Source of the DNA: an uncultured delta proteobacterium
GTDB lineage: Bacteria; Desulfobacterota; Desulfobacteria; Desulfobacterales; Desulfatirhabdiaceae
Assembly (NCBI GenBank): GCA_963789395.1
Contig: CAWBKP010000021.1
Coordinates: forward strand, 64,001 to 128,000
DNA: 64,000 nucleotides
Reading direction: 5' to 3'
The notes under the pieces were generated by a model that saw only the letters and a program-made list of their open reading frames with translations, had not been told where the DNA came from and did no database searches. This document shows positions 1 to 9,780 of this stretch, piece after piece; the stretch's first letter is position 1, and each line of letters starts with the position of its first letter. The position numbers and the translations under genes were made by a program.

Positions 1-113
1 CTCCTGCAAAAACTTAAAATTTTATTTTGATCGCCATTTGGCTTGGTAAAACATTTTCGGATTAAATTTTCTAAGCCCCTTTTGGCAAGAGGGATAAGAC
101 GGATCATGAAAGG

Positions 114-1488
114 GTGGGTATGCACCAGAATGATTTTATCAACACACTTCGGACAAAGTTTATATTAATTCCGGCCCTGGTCTGTTTTATGACGGTCGCC
201 TCATTTTCCCGGGCCGCGGAGAATGATCCGGCGGTTCTTGAGGGCCGCATTGCCGGATCGCCCTCCTTGAATGACCTCTTGTCCTATGCCTATCAGGCCA
301 GTCCGGAAGTAAAAGCGGCCAAGGCGTCGTGGCGGGTCGCCATTGAAAAATACCGGGTAGAGACCGGGTATCCGGATCCAACGATCACGAACATGTATTA
401 TCCCTATGATCCTTCCAGAGACTGGGCTACCAAACGGTTTGAAACCATATTTTCACAGACGATTCCATTTCCGGGAAAACTGGCGGCTGCCGGAAGAGTG
501 GCTGTAACGGAGTCGGAGATGGCCAGGCTGGAGCTTGACCGGACAGTCCGGGATGTGTCGGTCAAGGTTCGCGAGTCTTACCATGAACTCCAGTATATCC
601 GCGAGGCTGTCCGGATTGCCGATCAAAACAGGCAGGCGCTGGAGCACCTCAGAAATATCGGGGAGGCGGCATATGCCGGAAATCGAACGGCGCTTTATGA
701 CGTCCTGAAGGCCCAGTCCCAATCCGGACAGGTCCAGTATGACATGCTGCTGCTTGAAGAGCTTGAAAGAACCGAAATCACCCGTTTGAATGCGCTGATG
801 AATCGGCCGCCTGAAGCACAGATCGGGCCCCTCATTAACGAATCCTCGGCGCCGCTTGTCTATGGATTGAATGAAATTTACGCCCTTGCAGAGACCCATC
901 GGGAGGAAATCCGGGTGGCTGCGACCGGTGTGGACAAATCCCGGGCCGAGGCCGATGTGGCCCGTTACCAGAACCTGCCGGAATTTATGGTGGGGTTTAA
1001 ATACGAATACGATGCGCCGTCGACACCCGATGGGCCTGTCAAACAACATGTACGGGATACAGTTCGGGATGACCCTTCCGATCTGGTGGGATAAAAACGC
1101 CGGCAGGCGGGAAGCGGCCCGGGCCGGGACCGAAAAAGCCGCAGCCCTGGTAAGCGCCCGGATCAATGAAGCCCGTGCCATGATCCGGGAAACGTTTTTC
1201 AGACTTAAAAACGCCGAAAGACTCATTGCACTGTATCGGGATCAGTTGCTTCCCCAGGCTGAAAAGGCCATGGAAACGGCTGAAATCTGGAACCGCGAGG
1301 GTCAGGGCAGTCTGACCGATTTTGTGGAAACAGAAGCGGTCTGGTATAATTTTCAGCTCGCGCTGGCAAGATCCAGAGCCGATTACGGCAAATATCTGGC
1401 CAAGCTGGAGGGAATTGCCGGTATCAGCCTCACCCGCAAGCCGGAAGAAACTGCCCAGCAGCCGCCGCAGACGGAGGCAGCGCCATGA
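114..1488 (+). CDS. TolC/CusC-family outer membrane efflux protein (first of two); split by a probable sequencing frameshift near 1033
   Basis: ORF 114..1094 has a signal peptide and OEP-type helical repeats (YPDP...FSQTIPFPGKL). ORF 871..1488 continues in another frame (GIQFGMTLPIWW...YGKYLAKLE). Removing one G from GATGGGCCTG joins them. First gene of the cusBA-like operon. Confidence 0.85.
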
Positions 1489-3108
1489 AACTGTCCGGAA
1501 ACGCCGAAGGTTACATACATCGAAGCTTGGAAATGCCGAAGCGTCGGGAAATCTCGATTTCCGCTCTTAGCGACTTGATGGTTTGCTGCTTATGGGTGTC
1601 GGCAGTCGTTTGCTGTTCGGGTTGTTCCCATTATCAGAACTTGTTTGAAGGTTATGAAACGTACAGCCCGCCTGCCATTGCGTCCGCTCCGATTGCACCG
1701 GAACACATGGTTCAGGTTAATTTGCAGTCAGATGCCGATTTCAGGAACCAGAAAACGCGGCTCGAGCAGATGAGCCATCAGTGGGAGGCTGCGATCGGTG
1801 CCTCTGGCACGGATACCCGGTTTTTTTAGCCGGACCAGGGACCGGTTATCCGCCCTTGAGCCGGCCGGCCGCGATGCAGCGGCTGCCGAACGGGCGTTGA
1901 CTCCCAGCTTTACCCTGGAAACCCTTGAGATACTGTCGCTTCTCAGAAACCAGGGGGTGATTTCGGCTGAACGGACATTTCAGGGCAAACTTCAATCCTA
2001 TAGCCAGGTTTCAAACCTGGATGAAATACTGAGGCAGTATGCTGCCTTTACCCAGGCGGTGATGACAGGCGTCGGGGACATGGCTGACAAGGAATCTCCG
2101 GCCATGAAATTTCCCTTTCCGGGAGTGTTGGCGTTAAAGGGTGAGATCGTCAATCAGGAAGTGAAGATTGCACGGGAAGAACTCGAAACGGTCCGAAAAA
2201 CCGTGGTTACGGACAGCCGTAAAATTTTCTGGAATTTGACCTACAACCGCCGCGCGCAGGAAATTACCGCCGCCACACTGGAGCTTCTCGATCAGCTCGA
2301 GCTTTCGGCCCGGAAGCGCTACGAGGTCGGAAAGGAATCGCTTCAGGATGTCATCCGCGTTCAGATCCAGCAGGAGAAGCTGCGGGAAGAACAGAACACC
2401 CTGAAAGAAGAGCAGCGAAATCTTCAGACGGATATCCGTAAAATTGTTGATCTGGTTCCCGGATCGGACATCGGGGTTCCTGTCATCCGAGAACCCCGCC
2501 GGAATCTTCCGGACCTTGACAGGGTGACGGAAGTGGCGTTGGCGCAAAACCAGGACGTAAGAATTATTCGGGCCATGATCGGCAGAACGGAGCGGATGAT
2601 CGAGATGGCAGAGACGGAAATCTATCCGCGCTTTACCCAGAATCTATCCTTGTTTGAAAACAAGGCCATCGTTCAGGTGGGCTCGATCCGAACAGAGGCG
2701 CCTTTTGCCGATGTCGCCAAATCTTCCAGGGGAGAGGGGTTGCCGAAAAATTCGTGGTTTGGCCTGGGAGACGCCTATCTGCGGGAAACCCGTGACAATC
2801 TCGACGCCCTTGGAAAGGCGCTGAAAAATGCGGAAAACCGGTTGCGTTTCAGAGTCAGGGAAGGGTGGTTCAAGCTGGATCTGGCCATCCGGCAAGAGCG
2901 GCTCTATACGAGAAAAATCAAGGAGCTCTCCCGCCTATCCGCGGAAGTAACGGGCTTGCGGTATGAAGCCGGCGTTGCGGAAATGCGGGATGTCATCGAA
3001 TTTTACATGACGTGGTTTGAAGCCCGCCTGACAAGCGAGCGGGAAAAAAGCAAAATCGGGATTGCGCGGGCCGAATTGGAAGAGATTGTCGGGACATCAC
3101 TGAAATAG
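1485..3108 (+). CDS. Second TolC-family outer membrane factor, probable lipoprotein; frameshift in the T-run at about 1821-1827
   Basis: N-terminal ORF carries a lipobox-like VVCCSGC. C-terminal ORF 1798..3108 has OEP motifs (FPFPGVLALKG, RYEVGKESLQDVIRVQ, RYEAG...ELEEIVG). Exact start uncertain (1485, 1533 or 1578). Confidence 0.75.
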
Positions 3109-3151
3109 GTTTGATGGGTTTAATCGAAGCCGTCACGCTAGGAGATCAACA

Positions 3152-4465
3152 ATGCTAAAACCGCCATTAAAAATCACCCTGGCCGTACTTGTCGCATCGA
3201 TTCTTGTCGTCGGTGTATCCTGGCGCCTTGGCTATCAGCAGGGGGCAAGCAGACTGCCGTCGGGTCCAAGCAGCTCCCATAAGCTGCTTTTTTACCGCAA
3301 CCCCATGAATCCGGCCATCACCTCCCCGGTTCCTGCCAAGGATGAAATGGGCATGGATTATATCCCGGTTTATGAGGACGATGCGACGACCCCGGTCAAA
3401 TCCGCCCAGCAGCAGGCAGATGATTTTTTCAGTGACGAAACCAAAGTCTCCGGCCTTGGTGCCGTTACGATGACGGATCAGGGGATAAAACTGTCGGGAG
3501 TTCAGGTTGCGATGGCTGTTCAGGAAAAGCTCCAACGGGCCCTTCGTACCGTGGGACTGGTCGTGTCGGACGAAACGCGCATCCACCGGGTACAGACCAA
3601 GGTCGGAGGCTGGGTGGAAACCCTGCTGATCAATTATATGGGCCAGCTCGTCAAAAAAGGCAGCCCCATCCTGTCGATATATTCTCCGGAGCTCTTGAGC
3701 AGTCAGGAGGAATTCATCAAAATCCGGCAATCGGCGCTGCGCTCGGCCTCGGATGCCGGAGACCGGTCATCCGCTCAGAGATTGCGTGAGTCTGCACAGC
3801 GCCGGCTGGAGCTCTTCGATGTCCCGCCGGACTTCATCAAGGAACTCGAACGCACCGGAAAACCCCAGCGGACGGTCACCCTGCTGTCTCCTGCCGACGG
3901 TTTTGTGACCGCCAAGGATATTTTTCCAGGCCAGGAAGTCAAGCCTGGAATGGAGCTTTACACGGTTACGGATCTGTCCGTTGTCTGGGTGGATGCCGAG
4001 GTGTACGAATACGAAACCCGGGACGTCCATGTCGGACAGGAAGGCGTTCTGACGACATCCTATGATCCGTCTCTTCGACTTACGGGAAAAATCGCCTATA
4101 TTTATCCCTATTTGAATCGTGAGAGCCGAACCCTGAAACTCCGGTTCAATTTCGAAAACAAGGATCTGCGGCTGAAGCCCGGAATGTATGTGGATGTCAA
4201 TCTCATGATCGATTACGGAGAGGGGATTGTTATTCCCGATTCCGCGGTCATGGATTCGGGAACCCGACAGGTGGTGTTTGTGGACAAAGGGGAAGGCCGG
4301 TTCGAACCCCGGGAAGTGAAAGCCGGGGCAAGAAGCGAGGGGAAAATTCAGGTGCTGTCTGGGTTAAGTGCAGGAGACCGGGTGGTGGTAAAAGCGAATT
4401 TTCTGCTGGATTCCGAGTCCCGTCTCAGGGCACTTATCGATGCTGCGATGGCTGTGAAAAAATAG
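3152..4465 (+). CDS. cusB: RND efflux periplasmic adaptor (CusB-like) with N-terminal heavy-metal-binding motif
   Basis: YRNPMNP...KDEMGMDYIPVYED motif, MFP core (GWVETL, YSPELL, LKPGMY, FLLDSESRL), RBS AGGAG upstream, directly before cusA. Confidence 0.9.
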   Translation: MLKPPLKITLAVLVASILVVGVSWRLGYQQGASRLPSGPSSSHKLLFYRNPMNPAITSPVPAKDEMGMDYIPVYEDDATTPVKSAQQQADDFFSDETKVSGLGAVTMTDQGIKLSGVQVAMAVQEKLQRALRTVGLVVSDETRIHRVQTKVGGWVETLLINYMGQLVKKGSPILSIYSPELLSSQEEFIKIRQSALRSASDAGDRSSAQRLRESAQRRLELFDVPPDFIKELERTGKPQRTVTLLSPADGFVTAKDIFPGQEVKPGMELYTVTDLSVVWVDAEVYEYETRDVHVGQEGVLTTSYDPSLRLTGKIAYIYPYLNRESRTLKLRFNFENKDLRLKPGMYVDVNLMIDYGEGIVIPDSAVMDSGTRQVVFVDKGEGRFEPREVKAGARSEGKIQVLSGLSAGDRVVVKANFLLDSESRLRALIDAAMAVKK

Positions 4466-4473
4466 GACTGACC

Positions 4474-7400
4474 ATGATAAGAAAAATCATCGAATTTTCA
4501 GCGACCAACCGCCTGCTGGTTGTCATGTTTACGATTGCCGTCATGGTCATGGCCGTTTACGCGCTTAAATCCATCCGTCTGGATGCGCTTCCGGATCTCT
4601 CCGATACCCAGGTCATTATTTACTCCAAGTGGGATCGTTCTCCGGACATCATCGAGGATCAGGTCACCTATCCCATTGTTTCAACCCTGCTGGGTGCTCC
4701 GGACGTAAAGGCGATCCGGGCCTTGTCGGATTTTGGTTTTTCTTATATTTATGTCATATTTAAAGATGGAACCGATATTTACTGGGCCCGTTCCCGGGTT
4801 CTGGAATATCTTTCCAAGATTCAGGCCCGCCTTCCCGAAGGCGTGCGAACCGAGCTGGGTCCGGATGCCACCGGTGTGGGATGGGTCTATGAGTATGTTC
4901 TGGTGGACCATTCCGGCGGTTATTCCCTGGATCAGCTCCGGTCCTATCAGGACTGGACCCTGCGATATGCCATTCAGGCGGTTCCGGGAGTTGCGGAGGT
5001 GGCATCCATCGGCGGGTTTGTCAAACAATACCAGATTACCGTTGATCCCAACCGTCTGTCTGCTTACGGGATTTCCTTCAACATGCTTTCTTCCGTCATC
5101 CGGGAGTCCAACAATGAGGTGGGCGGACGGCTCCTGGAGTTTACGGGCACCGAATACATGGTTCGGGCAAGGGGATACAGCCGAAGCATCGCGGATTTTG
5201 AGAGTATCGTGGTCAAGGTGACCCCCGGCGGCACCCCGGTGCTCCTTAAAGACATCGGCAAGGTGGAGTTGGGACCTGAAATCCGCCGCGGCGTTTCCGA
5301 CCTGGACGGGAAAGGGGATGTGGTGGGCGGCATCGTGGTCATGCGGCACGGGGAAAACGCCCTGAATGTCATCAACCGGGTGAAGGAAAAGCTAAAGGAA
5401 CTTAAGCCCTATCTTCCCAAAGGGGTGGAAATCCTTCCCGCCTATGACCGTTCGGATCTGATCACCCGCGCCCTGGAAACGCTCAGCCATGAGCTGAAAA
5501 TCGAGATGATCATCGTCTCCTTTGTCATTCTTGTTTTTCTCTGGCACATTCCTTCCGCAATCGTTCCCATTGTCACCATCCCGGTATCGGTCCTGATTTC
5601 ATTCATTCCACTGTATTTCATGGGGGTCACGGTCAATATCATGTCGCTTGCCGGCATCGCCATCTCCATCGGGGTTCTGGTGGACGGGGCCATCGTGGAA
5701 GTCGAGAACGCATACAACAAACTTTATCACTGGCAGGCGGACGGGCGAAAAGGGGACTTTCACAAGGTGCGGCTGGAAGCCCTCATGGAAGTGGGGCCGT
5801 CGGTATTTTTCTCGCTCCTGGTCATTGCCGTGGCGTTTCTTCCCATCTTTGCGCTGGTGGATCAGGAAGGCCGGCTCTTCCGGCCTCTGGCATATTCCAA
5901 GAATCTGGCCATGGCGATTGCAGCCATTCTGGCCATAACACTGGACCCGGCCATGCGGATGTTTTTCACCCGCATGGATCCGTTTTCGTTCAAGCCCAGA
6001 TGGCTTGCCTGGGTGACCACCAAAACGCTGGTCGGCACCTATTACTCGGAAGATTCTCATCCCATCAGCCGGGCCATCTTCAAAGTTTATGAGCCTGCCT
6101 GCCGGTTTGTACTGGCCTGGCCCAAAGCTGTTATCGCCACATCCGTTGCCATGGTCGCCCTGAGCATTCCCGTGTATCTGAATCTGGGGACGGAATTCAT
6201 GCCCCCTTTGAATGAGGGGACCATTCTTTACATGCCCACAACCCTTCCCGGGATTTCGGTCGCGCAGGCCCAGGAACTTCTGGAAACCCAGGACCGGGTG
6301 CTGGCTGCGTTTCCGGAAGTGGAACGGGTTTTCGGCAAAGCCGGACGTGCGGATACATCCACGGATCCGGCGCCATTTTCCATGATGGAAACAACGGTGG
6401 TGCTCAAGCCCGAAAGTCAATGGAGAGGCAAGAACAGGTGGTATTCCGCGTGGGTTCCGGACCGGCTGAAATTTCTGTTTCGCCCGATCTGGCCGGATCA
6501 TATTTCCTGGGATGAGCTGGTCGCCGAAATGGACAAGGCCCTTCAGATACCCGGGGTGACCAATGCCTGGACCATGCCCATCAAGGCGCGGATCGATATG
6601 CTCACGACCGGTATCCGGACGCCGGTCGGGATCAAGATTTTCGGCTCGGACCTGAAGGAGATCGAGCGGATCGGGCTTGAACTGGAGCAGGCTATTCGCG
6701 ACATCCCGGGAACCCGGAGCGTGTTTGCCGAGCGGGTGGTCGGCGGCTATTTTGTGGACTTTGAGCCGCGCCGGGATCAGCTTGCCAGGTACGGACTGAC
6801 CATAGCCCAGGTTCAGTCGGTCATTACAGGTGCCATCGGCGGGGAAAACATCACCTACACCGTAGAGGGCAGGGAGCGCTATCCGGTCAATCTGCGCTAC
6901 CCCCGCGAACTTCGCGAGGATATGGATAAGCTCCGACGGGTGCTTGTCCCGACCCCGACAGGCGCCCAGATTCCGCTTTCGCAGCTGGCGGATATCAAGC
7001 TGGCTCAGGGGCCTGCCATGCTGCGGGACGAAAACGGATTTCTGGCAGGTTATGTCTATGTGGACATTTCCGGCAGGGATGTCGGCGGGTATGTGGAGGA
7101 AGCCAAACAGCGGGTGAATGACAAGGTTTCGCTCAAGCCGGGATATATTCTCCAGTGGAGCGGTCAGTACGAAAACATGATACGGGTGAGGGAACGGCTC
7201 CAGATTGTCATTCCCATAACGATCCTTCTGATATTTTTTCTGCTGTACATGAACACCCAGTCGGTCTTCAAAACCACCGTTGTCATGCTGGCCGTTCCCT
7301 TTTCTGCCATCGGTGCCATCTGGCTGTTTCACTTTCTGCATTACAATGTTTCCATTGCCGCGTGGGTGGGAATGATCGCGCTGATGGGCCTTGATGCTGA

Positions 7401-7755
7401 AACCGGGGTTTTCATGCTCCTCTTTCTCGACCTGTCGATTGACGATGCCAAAAAACGGGGCAGGCTGAGTTCTTCCGAAGACCTGGATGAAGCCATCATG
7501 CACGGGGCCGTCAAGCGTGCACGACCCAAGATGATGACCGTAGCCGCCGCCTTCATGGGCCTTCTGCCCATTATGTGGTCCACATCCGCGGGCGCGGATG
7601 TGATGAAGCGGATCGCCGCCCCCATGATCGGCGGGTTGATCACATCGTTTATTCTGGAGCTTCTGGTTTATCCGGCAATCTATAAACTCTGGAAGGAACA
7701 CACGGATATAAAGCCGGTAAAGGCTCAGGCAGTTCCCATGGCGCTGAATCGCTGA
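4474..7755 (+). CDS. cusA: CusA/CzcA-family heavy-metal RND permease, Cu(I)/Ag(I) type
   Basis: 1093 aa with LDALPDLSDTQVI, GPDATGVGWVYEY and RPKMMT. The Met-triad contexts of CusA (LYMP, APFSMMET, RIDML) are all present. Confidence 0.95.
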   Translation: MIRKIIEFSATNRLLVVMFTIAVMVMAVYALKSIRLDALPDLSDTQVIIYSKWDRSPDIIEDQVTYPIVSTLLGAPDVKAIRALSDFGFSYIYVIFKDGTDIYWARSRVLEYLSKIQARLPEGVRTELGPDATGVGWVYEYVLVDHSGGYSLDQLRSYQDWTLRYAIQAVPGVAEVASIGGFVKQYQITVDPNRLSAYGISFNMLSSVIRESNNEVGGRLLEFTGTEYMVRARGYSRSIADFESIVVKVTPGGTPVLLKDIGKVELGPEIRRGVSDLDGKGDVVGGIVVMRHGENALNVINRVKEKLKELKPYLPKGVEILPAYDRSDLITRALETLSHELKIEMIIVSFVILVFLWHIPSAIVPIVTIPVSVLISFIPLYFMGVTVNIMSLAGIAISIGVLVDGAIVEVENAYNKLYHWQADGRKGDFHKVRLEALMEVGPSVFFSLLVIAVAFLPIFALVDQEGRLFRPLAYSKNLAMAIAAILAITLDPAMRMFFTRMDPFSFKPRWLAWVTTKTLVGTYYSEDSHPISRAIFKVYEPACRFVLAWPKAVIATSVAMVALSIPVYLNLGTEFMPPLNEGTILYMPTTLPGISVAQAQELLETQDRVLAAFPEVERVFGKAGRADTSTDPAPFSMMETTVVLKPESQWRGKNRWYSAWVPDRLKFLFRPIWPDHISWDELVAEMDKALQIPGVTNAWTMPIKARIDMLTTGIRTPVGIKIFGSDLKEIERIGLELEQAIRDIPGTRSVFAERVVGGYFVDFEPRRDQLARYGLTIAQVQSVITGAIGGENITYTVEGRERYPVNLRYPRELREDMDKLRRVLVPTPTGAQIPLSQLADIKLAQGPAMLRDENGFLAGYVYVDISGRDVGGYVEEAKQRVNDKVSLKPGYILQWSGQYENMIRVRERLQIVIPITILLIFFLLYMNTQSVFKTTVVMLAVPFSAIGAIWLFHFLHYNVSIAAWVGMIALMGLDAETGVFMLLFLDLSIDDAKKRGRLSSSEDLDEAIMHGAVKRARPKMMTVAAAFMGLLPIMWSTSAGADVMKRIAAPMIGGLITSFILELLVYPAIYKLWKEHTDIKPVKAQAVPMALNR

Positions 7756-8001
7756 CCGGAGTTGCGCAAGTGCCTTTTAATTCAGATCCAAAGACGGATG
7801 CCGCCATAAGAGACGACAAGCATCAGGTAAGCTGGCGCGGCTCCCGAAAGGATTTTTTCAATTGAAAAACTTGAAACAGCCGTAATGCGTCATATTGTGT
7901 CAATACACCCGTAGATGTTTTATCGGTTTGTTGAAAGGCGGATCGATAAAGATTTTGTAATCGTCGCCATCGCGCATGGCCATTGAACAAAGGAGAAGGC
8001 A

Positions 8002-8454
8002 ATGAAAAAGACAATATGGATTGGAATGCTGGTGATGTTGTTTGGGTTGGGGATGGCTTTTAACGCATCCGCCGCTCACAGTACGGGACAGATGCTCCGT
8101 CAGAGCACGGTTGATGGGTATGGCTTGATGTACCATGTCCTGGATATGGCCGAACGCAATGCCATGATGAAGGGAATGGAAGGGATGGAAATGCCCGGCA
8201 TGAGCAACAGCCCGGATATTACCAACCACCTCATGGTTTTCATCACCGACCCGGGGGGAAAATTCGTTTCCGGAAAGATCGGTTTTTTGATTACCGGTCC
8301 GGACGGCAAGGAGCAGAAAACCCTTACCATGGGAATGGATAATGGTTACGGTGCGGATGTCAGTTTCAAGGAAAAGGGGGTTTACAAGATCAAAACCAAG
8401 GCGGTGATTGGCGGGAAAACGTTGATGGATGAATTCTCTTATGAAAATAAATGA
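8002..8454 (+). CDS. Secreted Met-rich small protein, probable periplasmic metal-binding protein
   Basis: Strong RBS AAGGAG, signal peptide ending ASA-A, 17 Met in 150 aa with cluster MAERNAMMKGMEGMEMPGM, located after cusA. Confidence 0.8.
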   Translation: MKKTIWIGMLVMLFGLGMAFNASAAHSTGQMLRQSTVDGYGLMYHVLDMAERNAMMKGMEGMEMPGMSNSPDITNHLMVFITDPGGKFVSGKIGFLITGPDGKEQKTLTMGMDNGYGADVSFKEKGVYKIKTKAVIGGKTLMDEFSYENK

Positions 8455-8635
8455 AAATCGGGCTGCTGAAAAATCTGTACATCTTTGCAAGAATACAGTA
8501 CAACAAAAATTGTATCCGGGGTTCCGGGTGACTGGTTCTGTTTTTTTTGCCGCATTTTAACCCAAGTTTGAGTATACAGGGGTCGCATCGTTTCCGCTCA
8601 ACCGGTTTTCTGCACGCTTTCATGGGAGGAACAAC

Positions 8636-9280
8636 ATGAGTATTATCAATCTGGCAGATGCTAAAGTGTCATACGAGGGTCAAACACTTCCCGCCATCAA
8701 TTTGATCAGCAAATTGCAGGTCCAGCTTCAGGAGACCGCATCCCGACTTGCTGCCATGGCAGCCGTATTGGGACAACTTCAAACCGCCTTGCTGAACTCC
8801 CATACCGTTGAAGTGAAACTGACGCTCTCCAAGGAAGACTATGACAGATTCAGATCACTGGGAGGAGCGGACGACAGTGACCGTATCCGAAAAGCCCTTC
8901 TGAATGTATTTCATTCTGATAAGGTTGAAATTTCTCCTGCTCCTGTTGAATCCGGAACCGTTGTCACTGAGACGGTGGAACCCGTGTTATCTCTGAATCC
9001 GGAGCCTCAGGCCATCGAAAGAAGTTTTCAGGACCGGGCGGTTGTTTCTGAAATGGGGGCAAAAAAGAAACAGACCACCAAATGTCCCAGATGCCAGTCG
9101 CAAATTGATCTGCCGGAGTTATCAAATGAACAGTGGCCGGTTGAAGTCAAATGCAGTAACTGCGGAGCCAAGTGTTTGATCAAATCCAAAGCCGCAAGCC
9201 CTGCAAAAACCGACAAGGCCGGATTTGAACCCCTTGATGAAGCTGCCTACGGCAAGCTGTTTGACATGCTTTCAACGTAA
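8636..9280 (+). CDS. Hypothetical protein with C-terminal zinc ribbon (CPRC...CSNC)
   Basis: RBS GGAGGA before ATG; two CxxC pairs near the C-terminus. Confidence 0.8.
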   Translation: MSIINLADAKVSYEGQTLPAINLISKLQVQLQETASRLAAMAAVLGQLQTALLNSHTVEVKLTLSKEDYDRFRSLGGADDSDRIRKALLNVFHSDKVEISPAPVESGTVVTETVEPVLSLNPEPQAIERSFQDRAVVSEMGAKKKQTTKCPRCQSQIDLPELSNEQWPVEVKCSNCGAKCLIKSKAASPAKTDKAGFEPLDEAAYGKLFDMLST

Positions 9281-9303
9281 CGCGTGTGATAATGATAGTT
9301 TGG

Positions 9304-9324
9304 TTTATTTCGAATTTCGAAATT
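9304..9324. repeat. Short remnant of the CGAAATT heptamer element family
   Basis: TTTATTTCGAATTTCGAAATT, including the perfect palindrome AATTTCGAAATT, 60 nt upstream of the USP start. Confidence 0.4.
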
Positions 9325-9383
9325 ACCCTGAATAGTTTTTCTTTCAGCCAATAAATTGCTATTCTCATGATCAGGAGTCCCTG

Positions 9384-9776
9384 ATGAAGATTATGGTTGC
9401 ATTTGATGGAACAAATGTTTCCAATGAAGCTGTGAAAACCGGCATAAAATATGCGTCCGCCCTGAATGCCAAGGTATATCTGGTGATGTCGATGGTAGGC
9501 GGACCGGAAGTACCGCGCCAGGAATTTGTCAAGCATGAGCATCTCCTGGATTTTGCCCAGTCACAGTTCATGGATGCGAAAATTCCCTGCGAAACCCATC
9601 TGTCGGTTCGCGGATTGGAGGCGGGCGAGGATCTGGTTCAGTTCGCCAGGGAAAATGAAATCGATTTGATTGTTATCGGGGTCCGGCGAAGATCCAAAGT
9701 CGGGAAGATCGTTTTTGGGTCAACTGCCCAGTATGTTGTCCTGAAAGCCCATTGCCCGGTATTGTCGGTGAAATAG
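9384..9776 (+). CDS. Universal stress protein (UspA family)
   Basis: MKIMVAFDG start; DLIVIG...FGSTAQYVVLKAHCPVLSVK signature. Confidence 0.93.
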   Translation: MKIMVAFDGTNVSNEAVKTGIKYASALNAKVYLVMSMVGGPEVPRQEFVKHEHLLDFAQSQFMDAKIPCETHLSVRGLEAGEDLVQFARENEIDLIVIGVRRRSKVGKIVFGSTAQYVVLKAHCPVLSVK

Positions 9777-9780
9777 GTAA

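Noticed and set aside
5599..7701. 700-aa antisense ORF opposite cusA
   Set aside because: Shadow ORF of a GC3-rich coding strand; no recognisable motifs or RBS.
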